64,000 bases of DNA, taken from assembly GCA_963758495.1 (NCBI GenBank), contig CAVWVI010000001.1, positions 514,264 to 578,263 on the forward strand. Direction: 5' to 3'. The notes below the pieces were generated by a model, which saw only the letters and a list, made by a program, of their open reading frames with translations, was not told the DNA's origin and did not search any database. This DNA is from Oligoflexia bacterium (lineage in GTDB: Bacteria; Bdellovibrionota; UBA1018). Shown here in pieces: positions 39,657 to 49,291 of the stretch. Each line of letters starts with the position of its first letter. The first letter of the stretch is position 1. Position numbers and translations under genes: made by a program.

Positions 39657-42359
39657 ATGAGATTGGAGAGAAAGAAGACCCAATGCATTACTTATTTAAT
39701 TACGCTCTTGGTCTCAAGGCCGACTTTAGCCGCAAGTGATGTTGCCACAGCGGCAGCTCAATCCGCAGCGGTTTTCACACCAGCAGTGTCTTCCACTTCC
39801 AATTCAACAGCGACCAGTACGACTGGCACTTCTAATACATCCGCAGGAAGTTTTAGCTTTTCCATACCCCCTCCCCCTCAAATCTCGACTTGCCAAAATA
39901 TTGCTCCAAATGAAATAAAAAATTCAATCTTCAGTTTTATGAATCGTTTAAGTTCACAAAGAGGCGGAAAAAAAAATTATGTCGCCGCAAGTTGCCCACT
40001 GGTTACGGCTTTGGCTAATGGTATAGCCAGTGGACAAAGCACTCAAACTTGCCCTCAAAATACAACACCTGTTATGTCTATGCCAACGAACTGTGGAGTT
40101 GTAAAATCCATGGCTAAATCCGAGGAGAGCCTTTTACAGCAAAATATGTGTAATATTGACTGTAAAAGAGCACAAAACGTTGCATCAGAAGAAGAACTCA
40201 AATGTATACAACAAGAGTTGAACGACTTTACCAAAGGTACAGCCCTCATTGTTGCCAATTTTCAACAACAATTTCAAAATAATATGACCCAGGCCCAAAA
40301 CTATTTGAATCAGTTGCAAACTAAAGATAAAGATCTCACTGCCCAAGTCACCGATATTAACACAAAGCTCATGGGCGATCCCACAACTGGATCAAAGGGA
40401 TTACTCGCCTTACAAACCGCTACCAATACCATGATTCAAACCATGCCAAATGACTTAAATAAACTTCAACTTGCAGAACGAAATACTCAACGCTGGAATA
40501 CCTTAGTACAACAACAACAACAGTATTTAACACTCTCTTCAGCCGTAGATTGCTTTCAGAATCAAAAATTAACCGCTCCCAACGGCGGGCAAGCTCCTAG
40601 CTGCACCTACGGAGGACCTCCCGCTACAGCAGAGGAATTGCTACTCTGTCGATTTAGCCAAAGTGCAGCACCCACCAATTCAAAAGGGCAAGTAGAGCAA
40701 GATGTCAACTCTAGAGCTTTGACTCAAGGATCGACCGGAGGGATCAAAAGTCCCCTTGATTTTATTACTCAAAACATCACTGCCGTGAACATTCCTCAAG
40801 TTCCGAGCACTCCTGACGACTCCAGCTCCGACCCCAGCTCAGGACTCTCTGCAAACTCATCACAAACGGTACAGTTTAACAGCTATAATGATCTCAAAAA
40901 TTACATTACTAATAACCTAGGGTCGTACACGATCAATGGAACCAATGCTGCTGCTGACGCCCTTTATTATTTAAATAATTGTTATAATCAATCCGTCACC
41001 TCAGTGAATAACCAAGCGAAGGATCAAGGAAGTGCTCTTGGACAAGCTTATTTTAATGTCCAATCACAAAAAGATGCCACAAAATCACAGTATACGAGTG
41101 TATTAAATCAGTATAATGCTCAATTTAACGATGATGCAGCTGCCCTTGCTACTTTATCGGGCACCCCTCCTCCCAGCACGGAACTCCAAGACAACTGTAG
41201 CGGTAATCCGGGAGCAAGTTTATCTCAGTGTTTACAACAAGCTCAAAACCAAATTTCACTCCAACTCAAAAACGCTCAGCAAACCATACAAATCAAGGGA
41301 ACAGACCCAAGTAATTACCTGACGCTGTCTTGCAAAGGGATTGATAATTGTGCTTCCGTCCTTCAAACTCAGTCCACTACCGTTACCGCTCAGAAAAATC
41401 AGCTTGAACAAAATACAGAACCCAATTTCATTAAAAACGCCAATCAATCCTTCACTCAACTTCAACAAGCTGCAGCGGCAAGCCTTGCCCAAGCTAACGC
41501 AACTCTTCAAAGCAGAATCCAAGGACAAACCAGTCAACTCGCTGCCTTGGGAATTAACTTAAGTGCCCTCAGTTCGGTTCAAGGTGAGCAGTTACAGCAG
41601 AGTACAAATCCAGATGGAACTCCAGGATTGTTCCAAGCTCCCAATAGCTTTGAAGGGGCATTAGCGAGTAAAGTACCCAACCTAATCGGCGGCAATAACA
41701 CGAACAGTATTGCACAAGCCCTCACTCAGGCTACCAGTAATGACCAAACCTATAACCAAGAAGAAAACCAAATCCAACAAAGCATAGTTCAACTTCAGTC
41801 GCAAGAAGCCACCTGCAATGCACAACAGGGTGCAGCTCAAATTCAATCCCTCGCTCAAAAAGTACAAGCAATGAGTCAAAATAGCTGCGGAACCATTCAA
41901 GACTGCAATAGTCAAATTGAACAACTCACAGAAAAACTCGATGCAATCCAAGATCAGAGCCTCTCCGATACCGGCAGTGGAAATTCCGCACTGATGATGG
42001 GTTCAATGGGAATGGGTGGAATGGGAGGAATGGGCGGTATGGGGATGGGTGGGATGGGCAATAATAACCCTATGCAGATGATGCAAATGGAAATGATGAT
42101 GAATAACATGAATCAGCAAAACAACCAGAACAACACCCGTCTTACGACAGGAGCCGCTACAGGATTAGAATCTGGGATCAGTGGGCTTTGTACACAAAGT
42201 ACGACAACAGGTCAAAATTCTCCTGCTGTCACAGCACTCCATAAAGAGCAATGTGACTTTACATTTGATAATCTCAATCATAGAGCTGATAAAATCCTAA
42301 ACTCTACCGGAAGCTCCAGTAACCAGAATGGTGCTCACTCGGGTGCGGCTTTCTACTAA
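39657..42359 (+). CDS. Large secreted Q/N/S/T-rich, Cys-containing protein with Met/Gly/Asn low-complexity tract
   Basis: 900-aa ORF, signal-like N-terminus (...RPTLA), spaced Cys residues, GGM repeats near the C-terminus. Confidence 0.75.
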   Translation: MRLERKKTQCITYLITLLVSRPTLAASDVATAAAQSAAVFTPAVSSTSNSTATSTTGTSNTSAGSFSFSIPPPPQISTCQNIAPNEIKNSIFSFMNRLSSQRGGKKNYVAASCPLVTALANGIASGQSTQTCPQNTTPVMSMPTNCGVVKSMAKSEESLLQQNMCNIDCKRAQNVASEEELKCIQQELNDFTKGTALIVANFQQQFQNNMTQAQNYLNQLQTKDKDLTAQVTDINTKLMGDPTTGSKGLLALQTATNTMIQTMPNDLNKLQLAERNTQRWNTLVQQQQQYLTLSSAVDCFQNQKLTAPNGGQAPSCTYGGPPATAEELLLCRFSQSAAPTNSKGQVEQDVNSRALTQGSTGGIKSPLDFITQNITAVNIPQVPSTPDDSSSDPSSGLSANSSQTVQFNSYNDLKNYITNNLGSYTINGTNAAADALYYLNNCYNQSVTSVNNQAKDQGSALGQAYFNVQSQKDATKSQYTSVLNQYNAQFNDDAAALATLSGTPPPSTELQDNCSGNPGASLSQCLQQAQNQISLQLKNAQQTIQIKGTDPSNYLTLSCKGIDNCASVLQTQSTTVTAQKNQLEQNTEPNFIKNANQSFTQLQQAAAASLAQANATLQSRIQGQTSQLAALGINLSALSSVQGEQLQQSTNPDGTPGLFQAPNSFEGALASKVPNLIGGNNTNSIAQALTQATSNDQTYNQEENQIQQSIVQLQSQEATCNAQQGAAQIQSLAQKVQAMSQNSCGTIQDCNSQIEQLTEKLDAIQDQSLSDTGSGNSALMMGSMGMGGMGGMGGMGMGGMGNNNPMQMMQMEMMMNNMNQQNNQNNTRLTTGAATGLESGISGLCTQSTTTGQNSPAVTALHKEQCDFTFDNLNHRADKILNSTGSSSNQNGAHSGAAFY

Positions 42360-42491
42360 CTCACTTTGCCAGGAAGCAGTTCAGTTTAGATGTAAGAGTT
42401 TAGAGTTCTGAAAATCTCAATCTAGAATAGATTACCCTCTCGCCGCTCAATTGAACTCGTAAATGGTGCGAACAGCTCTCTTTTCCTGCGA

Positions 42492-42670
42492 AAGCTTGTA
42501 TTGTGCGCCTGTCACGAAGGACGAGTTTAAGTTAAATCATCATGATGACATCGCTTTTTTGATAACTTGATGATGAGTGGGTTCAGATCGCCACTTTACC
42601 TTGATGAATATATGAATTCTTTATGGTTTTTTACAATTCATCCTTCGTGGCAGGCGCACAATGCAAGCTT
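42492..42670. mobile_element. MITE-like element (~160-180 bp) with ends related to the IS at 26909-28267
   Basis: AAGCTTGTATTGTGCGCCTGTCACGAAGGACGA vs reverse complement of the right arm AAGCTTGCATTGTGCGCCTGCCACGAAGGATGA (30/33). Confidence 0.8.
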
Positions 42671-42802
42671 AATTCATCTGACGTCGGTATCAGCTCTTTT
42701 AGTTGCATCCAAAATACTATCATTACTCCTTTACCTAGCGACCAGCATCCGCTATGATTATGCGCGTCATAATCCTATCTGGGCGCGTATTTGGGAGAGT
42801 AA

Positions 42803-44275
42803 ATGAAAATCTTTAATTCTAGTTCTTTGCAAAAAATACTCATATTTTCCGGATTATTAGTCCCTTGTATGTCTACCCATCTCACGTATGCGGGGAACGC
42901 TTATAAAACTGCTTTAGAAAGCACTGATATTTGGGGAATTATTTCTAGTAATCTCGGTACTCATGATCTTACATCTATGAGCCTCGTCAGGAGAGATTGG
43001 AAAACCGCAACCGGGAAGGCTATTGATCGAAATGGGATTATCCTAGAAACGCCAACTGATTATGATCTGACATTACTCGCACAAAGCCATCCCCATCTTC
43101 GCGCATTAGAAATCGAGGATACTTTTAACCTGACTGAAATCGGTTTTCAGGCATTGTCTCATTTAAAAAATCTAAAGAAGTTAAAAATAAAGAACCCGTC
43201 AGAAAGACGGCTAATTGAAACATTACCTAGTCTAGTGAACCTTCAAAGCCTTGAACTCATACAGACCTGGCATTACAATATTGACGGCAGGCAGCCACAT
43301 GCTCTCATCCAATCTCTGACAGGACTCAAAAAGCTTGAAAGACTAGTTATTAGAGACGGTGAAACTTATTTCAATGACGAAAATCTCAAAATTTTGACAG
43401 AAGAATTGCCCCAACTACAAGAATTAAATATTCAAATAAATGGGAGGGACCGAGAAATATTTACTCTTTCATTATTAAGCAATCTTCGTCACCTGACATT
43501 GGAAAGGCGATATAGTTATGAACCTTTAACATGTGAAGCCTTTCGTCATTTTGAGCATTTAACCCAACTTCAAACACTGAAATTTATTTTTTTCGATTCT
43601 ATTTTAGGCAATCAGTGTCTGCAGCATATTTCACACTTGAACTCATTAAAAGAACTCTCGTTTAAAACTGAGGTAGCAACAGACGTGGGAATTCGCTCCC
43701 TTTCTTCATTGGAAAATTTAGAGAAATTGAAAATATCAGCTCCTTCCATCTCTGGCGAAGGCCTTCAGGGCTTCCGAAGACTGAAAGATTTGACTTTATC
43801 TAGACATTCTGTAAGTTTTAACTCTCTTTTCACTGATCAAGGAATTGAGGCCGCCCTCAGCAATCCCCATCTTGAATCATTTCAGTTTATGGGTGCAACA
43901 CTGACAGATCAAGGATTTCGGAAACTGTCCGAACTCAAGGGACTCAAAATTTTGAAGCTAAGCAATGTTGACGGAATTACTAGCGAAACAGCTAAACGAC
44001 TCTCTCAATTAGAACAATTAGAAGATTTGTATTTCAATCCTACTCCTATTGATCCACACACCCTACTTAACTCCATCAAAAATCTGAAACACCTCAAAAG
44101 GATTTATATGCACGACAACAATTACGGCTCTCCTGCTGTTAGCCTTGATATGATGGAGCTCACAGCACTAAGAAATCAATTAAGTAAAAAGCGGAAGCAA
44201 TTGGAAGACTCCTCTTCCAACGCAGAAATGCAAGACATCCTGGAATCAACGAAGCGCATGCGCTTAGGAGACTAA
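42803..44275 (+). CDS. Secreted F-box-like/leucine-rich-repeat protein, copy 1
   Basis: Signal-like N-terminus (...LTYA), F-box-like DIWGIISSNLGTHDLTSMSLVRRDWK, LRRs (LxxLxxLxL, TDxG), C-terminal KKRK...KRMR. Confidence 0.8.
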   Translation: MKIFNSSSLQKILIFSGLLVPCMSTHLTYAGNAYKTALESTDIWGIISSNLGTHDLTSMSLVRRDWKTATGKAIDRNGIILETPTDYDLTLLAQSHPHLRALEIEDTFNLTEIGFQALSHLKNLKKLKIKNPSERRLIETLPSLVNLQSLELIQTWHYNIDGRQPHALIQSLTGLKKLERLVIRDGETYFNDENLKILTEELPQLQELNIQINGRDREIFTLSLLSNLRHLTLERRYSYEPLTCEAFRHFEHLTQLQTLKFIFFDSILGNQCLQHISHLNSLKELSFKTEVATDVGIRSLSSLENLEKLKISAPSISGEGLQGFRRLKDLTLSRHSVSFNSLFTDQGIEAALSNPHLESFQFMGATLTDQGFRKLSELKGLKILKLSNVDGITSETAKRLSQLEQLEDLYFNPTPIDPHTLLNSIKNLKHLKRIYMHDNNYGSPAVSLDMMELTALRNQLSKKRKQLEDSSSNAEMQDILESTKRMRLGD

Positions 44276-44291
44276 GATAATGCGCGTTATG

Positions 44292-45719
44292 ATGAAAATC
44301 TTTAATTCTAGTTCTTTGCAAAAAATACTTATACTTTCCGGACTATTAGTCCCTTTTATGCCTACCCATCTCACGTATGCGGGGAACGCTTATAAAACTA
44401 CTTTAGAAAGCACTGATATTTGGGGAATTATTTCTAGTAACCTCGGTACTCATGATCTTGCATCTATGAGCCTCGTAAGCAGAGATTGGAAAACAGCGAC
44501 TGGGAAGGCTATCGATCGAAATGGAATTATCCTAAAAAAACCAACTGATCATGATCTGACATTACTCGCACAAAGCCATCCCCATCTTCGCGCATTAGAA
44601 ATCCAGGATACTTTTAACCTGACTGAAATCGGTTTTCAGGCATTGTCTCATTTAAAAAATCTAAAGAAGTTAAAAATAAAAAGCCCAACAGATCGCTGGT
44701 TAATTGAAACATTACCCAGTCTAGTGAACCTTCAAAGCCTTGAACTCATACAGACCTGGCATGATAGAAATGACGAGAGTCAGCCAGATGCTTTCATCCG
44801 ATCTCTGACAGGACTGAAAAAGCTTGAGAGACTGGTTATTAGAGACGGCCATGTTTATTTCAATGACAAAAATCTCAAGGTTTTGACAGAATTGTCTCAA
44901 CTACAAGAATTAAATATTCAAATCGATGCGAATGACCGAGGACTATTCACTCTTTCATTATTAAGCAATCTTCGTCACCTCACATTGCAAAGGTATGTTT
45001 GGAATAAGTATGAGTCTTTAACATGTGAAGCCTTTCGTCATTTTGAGCACTTAACCCAACTGCAAACACTGAAATTTATTTTTTTCGATTCTATTTTAGA
45101 TAATCAGTGTCTGCAGAATATTTCACACTTGAACTCATTAAAAGAACTCTCGTTTGAAACTCAAGTAGCGACAGATGAGGGAATTCGCTATCTTTCTTCA
45201 TTGGAAAATTTAGAGAAATTGAAAATAACAGCTTCTTCCATCTCTGGCGTAGGTCTTCAGGGCTTCCGAAGACTTAAAGATTTGGTTTTATCTTCACATT
45301 GTACTGCATATTTTCACTCTCCTTTCACTGACCAAGGAGTTGAGGCCGCCCTCAGCAATCCCCATCTTGAATCATTTTGGCTTATGGGTGCAACACTGAC
45401 AGATCAAGGACTTCGAAAACTGTCCGAACTCAAGGGGCTCAAAAATTTGACTCTAAGCCATGTTGACGGCACTACTAGCGAAACAGCTCAGCGACTCTCT
45501 CAATTAAAACAATTAGAAGATTTGTATTTCGTCCCTGCTTCTATTGATTCACATACTCTACTTGACTCCATCAAAGATCTGAAACGCCTCAAAAGGCTGC
45601 ATATATTCGACGAGAAAAACTACCGTACTCTTACTATGAAGGACCTCATGGCACTGAGAAATCAATCAGGGAAAAAACGTAAACAATTGGAAGAGGGCTC
45701 TACCGACGCAGAGATGTAA
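44292..45719 (+). CDS. Secreted F-box-like/LRR protein, copy 2 (tandem paralogue, last 14 aa lost)
   Basis: Colinear, highly similar to copy 1; TAA replaces CAA at 45717-45719. Confidence 0.8.
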   Translation: MKIFNSSSLQKILILSGLLVPFMPTHLTYAGNAYKTTLESTDIWGIISSNLGTHDLASMSLVSRDWKTATGKAIDRNGIILKKPTDHDLTLLAQSHPHLRALEIQDTFNLTEIGFQALSHLKNLKKLKIKSPTDRWLIETLPSLVNLQSLELIQTWHDRNDESQPDAFIRSLTGLKKLERLVIRDGHVYFNDKNLKVLTELSQLQELNIQIDANDRGLFTLSLLSNLRHLTLQRYVWNKYESLTCEAFRHFEHLTQLQTLKFIFFDSILDNQCLQNISHLNSLKELSFETQVATDEGIRYLSSLENLEKLKITASSISGVGLQGFRRLKDLVLSSHCTAYFHSPFTDQGVEAALSNPHLESFWLMGATLTDQGLRKLSELKGLKNLTLSHVDGTTSETAQRLSQLKQLEDLYFVPASIDSHTLLDSIKDLKRLKRLHIFDEKNYRTLTMKDLMALRNQSGKKRKQLEEGSTDAEM

Positions 45720-45766
45720 GACATCCAGGAATCAACGAAGCGCATGCACCTAAGAGACTAAAAGGC

Positions 45767-45837
45767 ATTGCAGTGGTGGGGTCTTATGGCAGCGTAAAGA
45801 GACCCCTGTCCCCGCTGTCATAAGCCCCCACTGCAAT
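45767..45837. other. Imperfect GC-rich hairpin between convergent genes (terminator- or REP-like)
   Basis: ATTGCAGTGG..CTTATGGCAGCG pairs with CGCTGTCATAAG..CCACTGCAAT. Confidence 0.6.
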
Positions 45838-45847
45838 ACTGATATAG

Positions 45848-46921
45848 TTACGCCCGTTCTCTTGCAACTTCTCGAACGGCTTCCACAATACCTGGAAGCT
45901 GGGGAGCACTGGCCATTTCCAATGTATCTGCCAACCCAATACCTGGAGTAAAGGTACCTGCGACCAATCGAGGACGTGCTTCTAATGAATAAAAAAGATC
46001 CTCAATCGTGCGTCTCATCAAATGCTCACCAAAGTTAGTCACTTCGGTATCTTCGTTCACGAAGACCACTCGACCGGTTTTTTGAATCGATGAGGAAATA
46101 TGAGCCCAATCGTAGGGCCATAGAGTTCGCAAATCGATGACTTCAACAGAAATTCCTTCTTCTCTGAGCCTATCTGCGGCTTGAGCACAGAGGGGCAAGG
46201 TTCTGCCGTAGCTCACTACAGTCACCTGATCACCTTCTCTCACCGTTTTCGCAACTCCAAGCTCCACGATGGAGTCCGTTAGCTTAGGCCATTTAGGCTT
46301 CCATTTGGAGCGATCTCCCAAAGGAGCATCAATCATGTCTTTGAGTAACTTCTCGCCCTCAGCCGTTAATGGTGGCTCTCCTGGAATCTGCTCTTGTCCC
46401 CTTACCCTCATGAGGGCTTTAGGTTTGAGAAACATAGTTGGATTTGGATCCTTTAAACAAGCCAGCATCAGCCCATAGGCATCCAATGGATTTGAAGGCA
46501 TGACGATTTTCCAACCTGGAATATGAGTCATGGTCGCATCAAATGAATGAGAATGATAAATCGACCCACGAATTCCACTCCCCACTGGAGTCATGACGGT
46601 CATCGGTAAATACCAATCACCATTTGAAGACCAGGACTGCATCCCTGCAAGCTTGAGTAGATCAATGGTATTGTAAATGTAATCACAGAATTGGATCTCA
46701 GCAACACAACGTTGTCCTGCCAAACCCAATCCAATTGCAGCACCAATAATCCCTCGTTCATCTAAGGGAGAATTCCAACTTGTTTTTAATCCTTGCGTCG
46801 CCGTGAAAACACCACCGAGAGGAGGACCCACGTCTTCTCCAAAAATATCAGTGACACCTAGATGAGTTTCACCATAATGAAGCGCCATGCGAATGGCTTG
46901 AACCATCGTTGCCATTACCAA
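45848..46921 (-). CDS. 2-oxoacid dehydrogenase E1 beta subunit (probably branched-chain)
   Basis: GEDVG, GGVF, AEIQF, HSHS, EVIDLRTL. Confidence 0.9.
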   Translation of the reverse strand: MVMATMVQAIRMALHYGETHLGVTDIFGEDVGPPLGGVFTATQGLKTSWNSPLDERGIIGAAIGLGLAGQRCVAEIQFCDYIYNTIDLLKLAGMQSWSSNGDWYLPMTVMTPVGSGIRGSIYHSHSFDATMTHIPGWKIVMPSNPLDAYGLMLACLKDPNPTMFLKPKALMRVRGQEQIPGEPPLTAEGEKLLKDMIDAPLGDRSKWKPKWPKLTDSIVELGVAKTVREGDQVTVVSYGRTLPLCAQAADRLREEGISVEVIDLRTLWPYDWAHISSSIQKTGRVVFVNEDTEVTNFGEHLMRRTIEDLFYSLEARPRLVAGTFTPGIGLADTLEMASAPQLPGIVEAVREVARERA

Positions 46922-47955
46922 TACCTGCCCTTCTGCCCCCGGTAAATGTGATCATAAATTGTCGAAGCGTCTGGAAGAGGTTCCTGTTTCACCTTCTGTG
47001 AAAGTTCTAACATTTCCGTATTATATTTTTCTCTGACTTGATCCATTGCTTGACGACTTAAAATACCTGCCGCCTCTAACTGACTCTCAAACGTGACCAG
47101 ACAATCTTCTTCTTCCGTAATCAAATTACATCCAGTCGCTGAACTATGTCCATAAAGACGAGAGACTCGAGCTTCCAGTAAGAATGGCTTGCGCTCCGTG
47201 CGTATATAGTGAATTGCATCTTTCAAAGCAAAATAAGACTCCTCGACATCATTTCCATTAATCGTCGAGCTTCGAATATTAAATGCTTTACCTCGATCCG
47301 AAATTTTAGTTTCCCCATGTTGTCCCGTGGAAGGAGTGGAAATTCCCCACTCATTGTTCGTTACAATCATTAAAATGGGAAGCTCTGAACCCGGACGAGA
47401 AGCCCAAACCATACAGGAAGCAAAATCTGCCTCCGCCGTGCCGGCATCTCCTCCATTGACTATCGTAATACCAGTGCACGAGTTGCGCATTTGTGCAATT
47501 CCAGTCCCGATAGCAATCGCATACTGAGTTTCAATCGTAGAAGCAACAGGGGCTACATTCCACTCTCTCTTTGAGTAATGATTTGAAAAATTACGACCCC
47601 CAGAGAAAGGATCACTCACGGTATTCTTCATTTGTCGAATCGCATCGATAGGATCCATCCCCATGGCTGTCATAATTGCGCCTGAGCGATAGTGCAAATG
47701 TAAATAATCGTGATCTAAGCCTTGGCCTTTCTTTACTTGAAGTCCAAGAGGAACATTAAACGCTTCCTCGCCTGGTCCACCTATCCAAAAATATCCATCG
47801 GATTGCTTATACATTCGGATCAAACGTTCCTCGAGCACACGTGCCTTCACCATATTATCGTGAATTTGAACCAGGAGCTTGGGCTCGAGTCGAAATTTGA
47901 CCTCATCTGTTGTTTTTACTCGCTTGCGCAAGTTATCTTTTAACATTTCCTTCAA
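46915..47955 (-). CDS. 2-oxoacid dehydrogenase E1 alpha subunit
   Basis: TPP motif GDAG...NN, NGND, RLYGHS. Confidence 0.9.
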   Translation of the reverse strand: MKEMLKDNLRKRVKTTDEVKFRLEPKLLVQIHDNMVKARVLEERLIRMYKQSDGYFWIGGPGEEAFNVPLGLQVKKGQGLDHDYLHLHYRSGAIMTAMGMDPIDAIRQMKNTVSDPFSGGRNFSNHYSKREWNVAPVASTIETQYAIAIGTGIAQMRNSCTGITIVNGGDAGTAEADFASCMVWASRPGSELPILMIVTNNEWGISTPSTGQHGETKISDRGKAFNIRSSTINGNDVEESYFALKDAIHYIRTERKPFLLEARVSRLYGHSSATGCNLITEEEDCLVTFESQLEAAGILSRQAMDQVREKYNTEMLELSQKVKQEPLPDASTIYDHIYRGQKGRYW

Positions 47956-48122
47956 GGATCATTCCTCCATAAGTAACTTGAATCACTTTTCATATAATAA
48001 GTGGATAAGCCTTCATATATAATATTCGGTAACATTCGGCAAAAACGTCGTAAAAATAATAAAAAAGAAAGGGCAATCATACAAAAACTAAGTGTTTACA
48101 ATGAGTTAAGTATTTTCACTCT

Positions 48123-48740
48123 TTAAAAATGCTTCCAAAGGTAGGCGGCCACCCACACAAAAGCGACTAACCCGGCAAAAGAGGCATAAGCTTCATAGGC
48201 TTTATTGTTCATCGCTAATTTGTGAGAAAAGTGGTGATGGGACAAATCGGGGTTGATTTTCTTTAAAATGGGCTTTTTCGCAGGCAGGAATGGGGGCCAA
48301 ACTCGTGGAAAAAATCGAGGCACGTTTTTGCAGTACTCAGAATAGGGAGCTTTAAAAATTCTTAATAATTTCACTTCTTCATCTAAAATAATATAGTGAT
48401 AAACACCGGCAAACAGAACGGTTACCACAGCCAATAAGAGCCAATTTTCGATCGCCCAGGCGGTACCCAATGCCATGAGGTACGTACCTAAATAAAGCGG
48501 ATTCCTTACAAAAGCATAGGGCCCCCCCACTGCCGGACGAGAATCTTTTCTTAAATACCCACTCGCCCAATATCTCAAACTGGCACCCATTAAACAAAGG
48601 AGGACTCCGGGTAAAACAGGGTACTCTCGAGCAGAAAATCCTAAAATAAATGCAAATATCCAAGCTAAAGTTTTTCTTGTTTTGCCTTGAATAAAACCCC
48701 GATACCAACTCAAATTTTGCTCCGCTGTGAGAGTACTCAT
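48123..48740 (-). CDS. Isoprenylcysteine carboxyl/phospholipid methyltransferase family protein
   Basis: GGPYAFVRNPLYLG, EEVKL, Y...VPRFFP. Confidence 0.85.
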   Translation of the reverse strand: MSTLTAEQNLSWYRGFIQGKTRKTLAWIFAFILGFSAREYPVLPGVLLCLMGASLRYWASGYLRKDSRPAVGGPYAFVRNPLYLGTYLMALGTAWAIENWLLLAVVTVLFAGVYHYIILDEEVKLLRIFKAPYSEYCKNVPRFFPRVWPPFLPAKKPILKKINPDLSHHHFSHKLAMNNKAYEAYASFAGLVAFVWVAAYLWKHF

Positions 48741-48802
48741 CTCTCAGTTTTCGCATGGAACTGCACGAATTGCACGTGTAAGACTTCAAGCCAAACTACT
48801 TT

Positions 48803-48846
48803 TTTGCAGTGCTTATCGATAGAAGGAACTACAAGGAACTACTTAC
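48803..48846 (+). repeat. Degenerate copy of the 46-bp dispersed repeat
   Basis: TTGCAGTGCTT...AAGGAACTAC-AAGGAACTACTTAC. Confidence 0.6.
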
Positions 48847-48847
48847 C

Positions 48848-49291
48848 TTAGTTTACACTCTCTGGAGCAGTCGCAATTGCAAACTTTTCTGCCCCTGCTT
48901 TGCGGGCATGATCCATCACTTCAATCGCAGATCCTAGAAAAGCTTGACGATCCCCTTCCAGAATAATAAGACGAGAACGAGTTTGAGAAAAAGCCGTTTT
49001 TAAAAGCACTTCCATTTCATCATATTTACCGACGGCAAGTTCCTTTTGATTCACTTTCAGACGCCCCCCAGGAAGCAAAGTTACAATAACGCCTTCGGCT
49101 TGGGATTGGGCTGTAGCACTACTCGCCTGAGGTAGATTGACATCTACACCCGACTGAGACATCACCGAACTTGTCACCATAAAAATAATCAAAAGAACCA
49201 AGAAAATATCTGTGAGCGGAGTAATGTTAATCTCGGCCATAATCGTGCCGTCCGCTTCAGAGTCTCGATTCTCAAGCCCCTTAAGAGCCAT
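48848..49291 (-). CDS. exbD: Biopolymer transport protein ExbD/TolR
   Basis: EINITPLTDIFLVLLIIFMV, VNLP. Confidence 0.9.
   Translation of the reverse strand: MALKGLENRDSEADGTIMAEINITPLTDIFLVLLIIFMVTSSVMSQSGVDVNLPQASSATAQSQAEGVIVTLLPGGRLKVNQKELAVGKYDEMEVLLKTAFSQTRSRLIILEGDRQAFLGSAIEVMDHARKAGAEKFAIATAPESVN

Noticed and set aside
42567..42806. 79-aa ORF upstream of the LRR genes
   Set aside because: TTG start inside the MITE, crosses its end, no motif; likely spurious.
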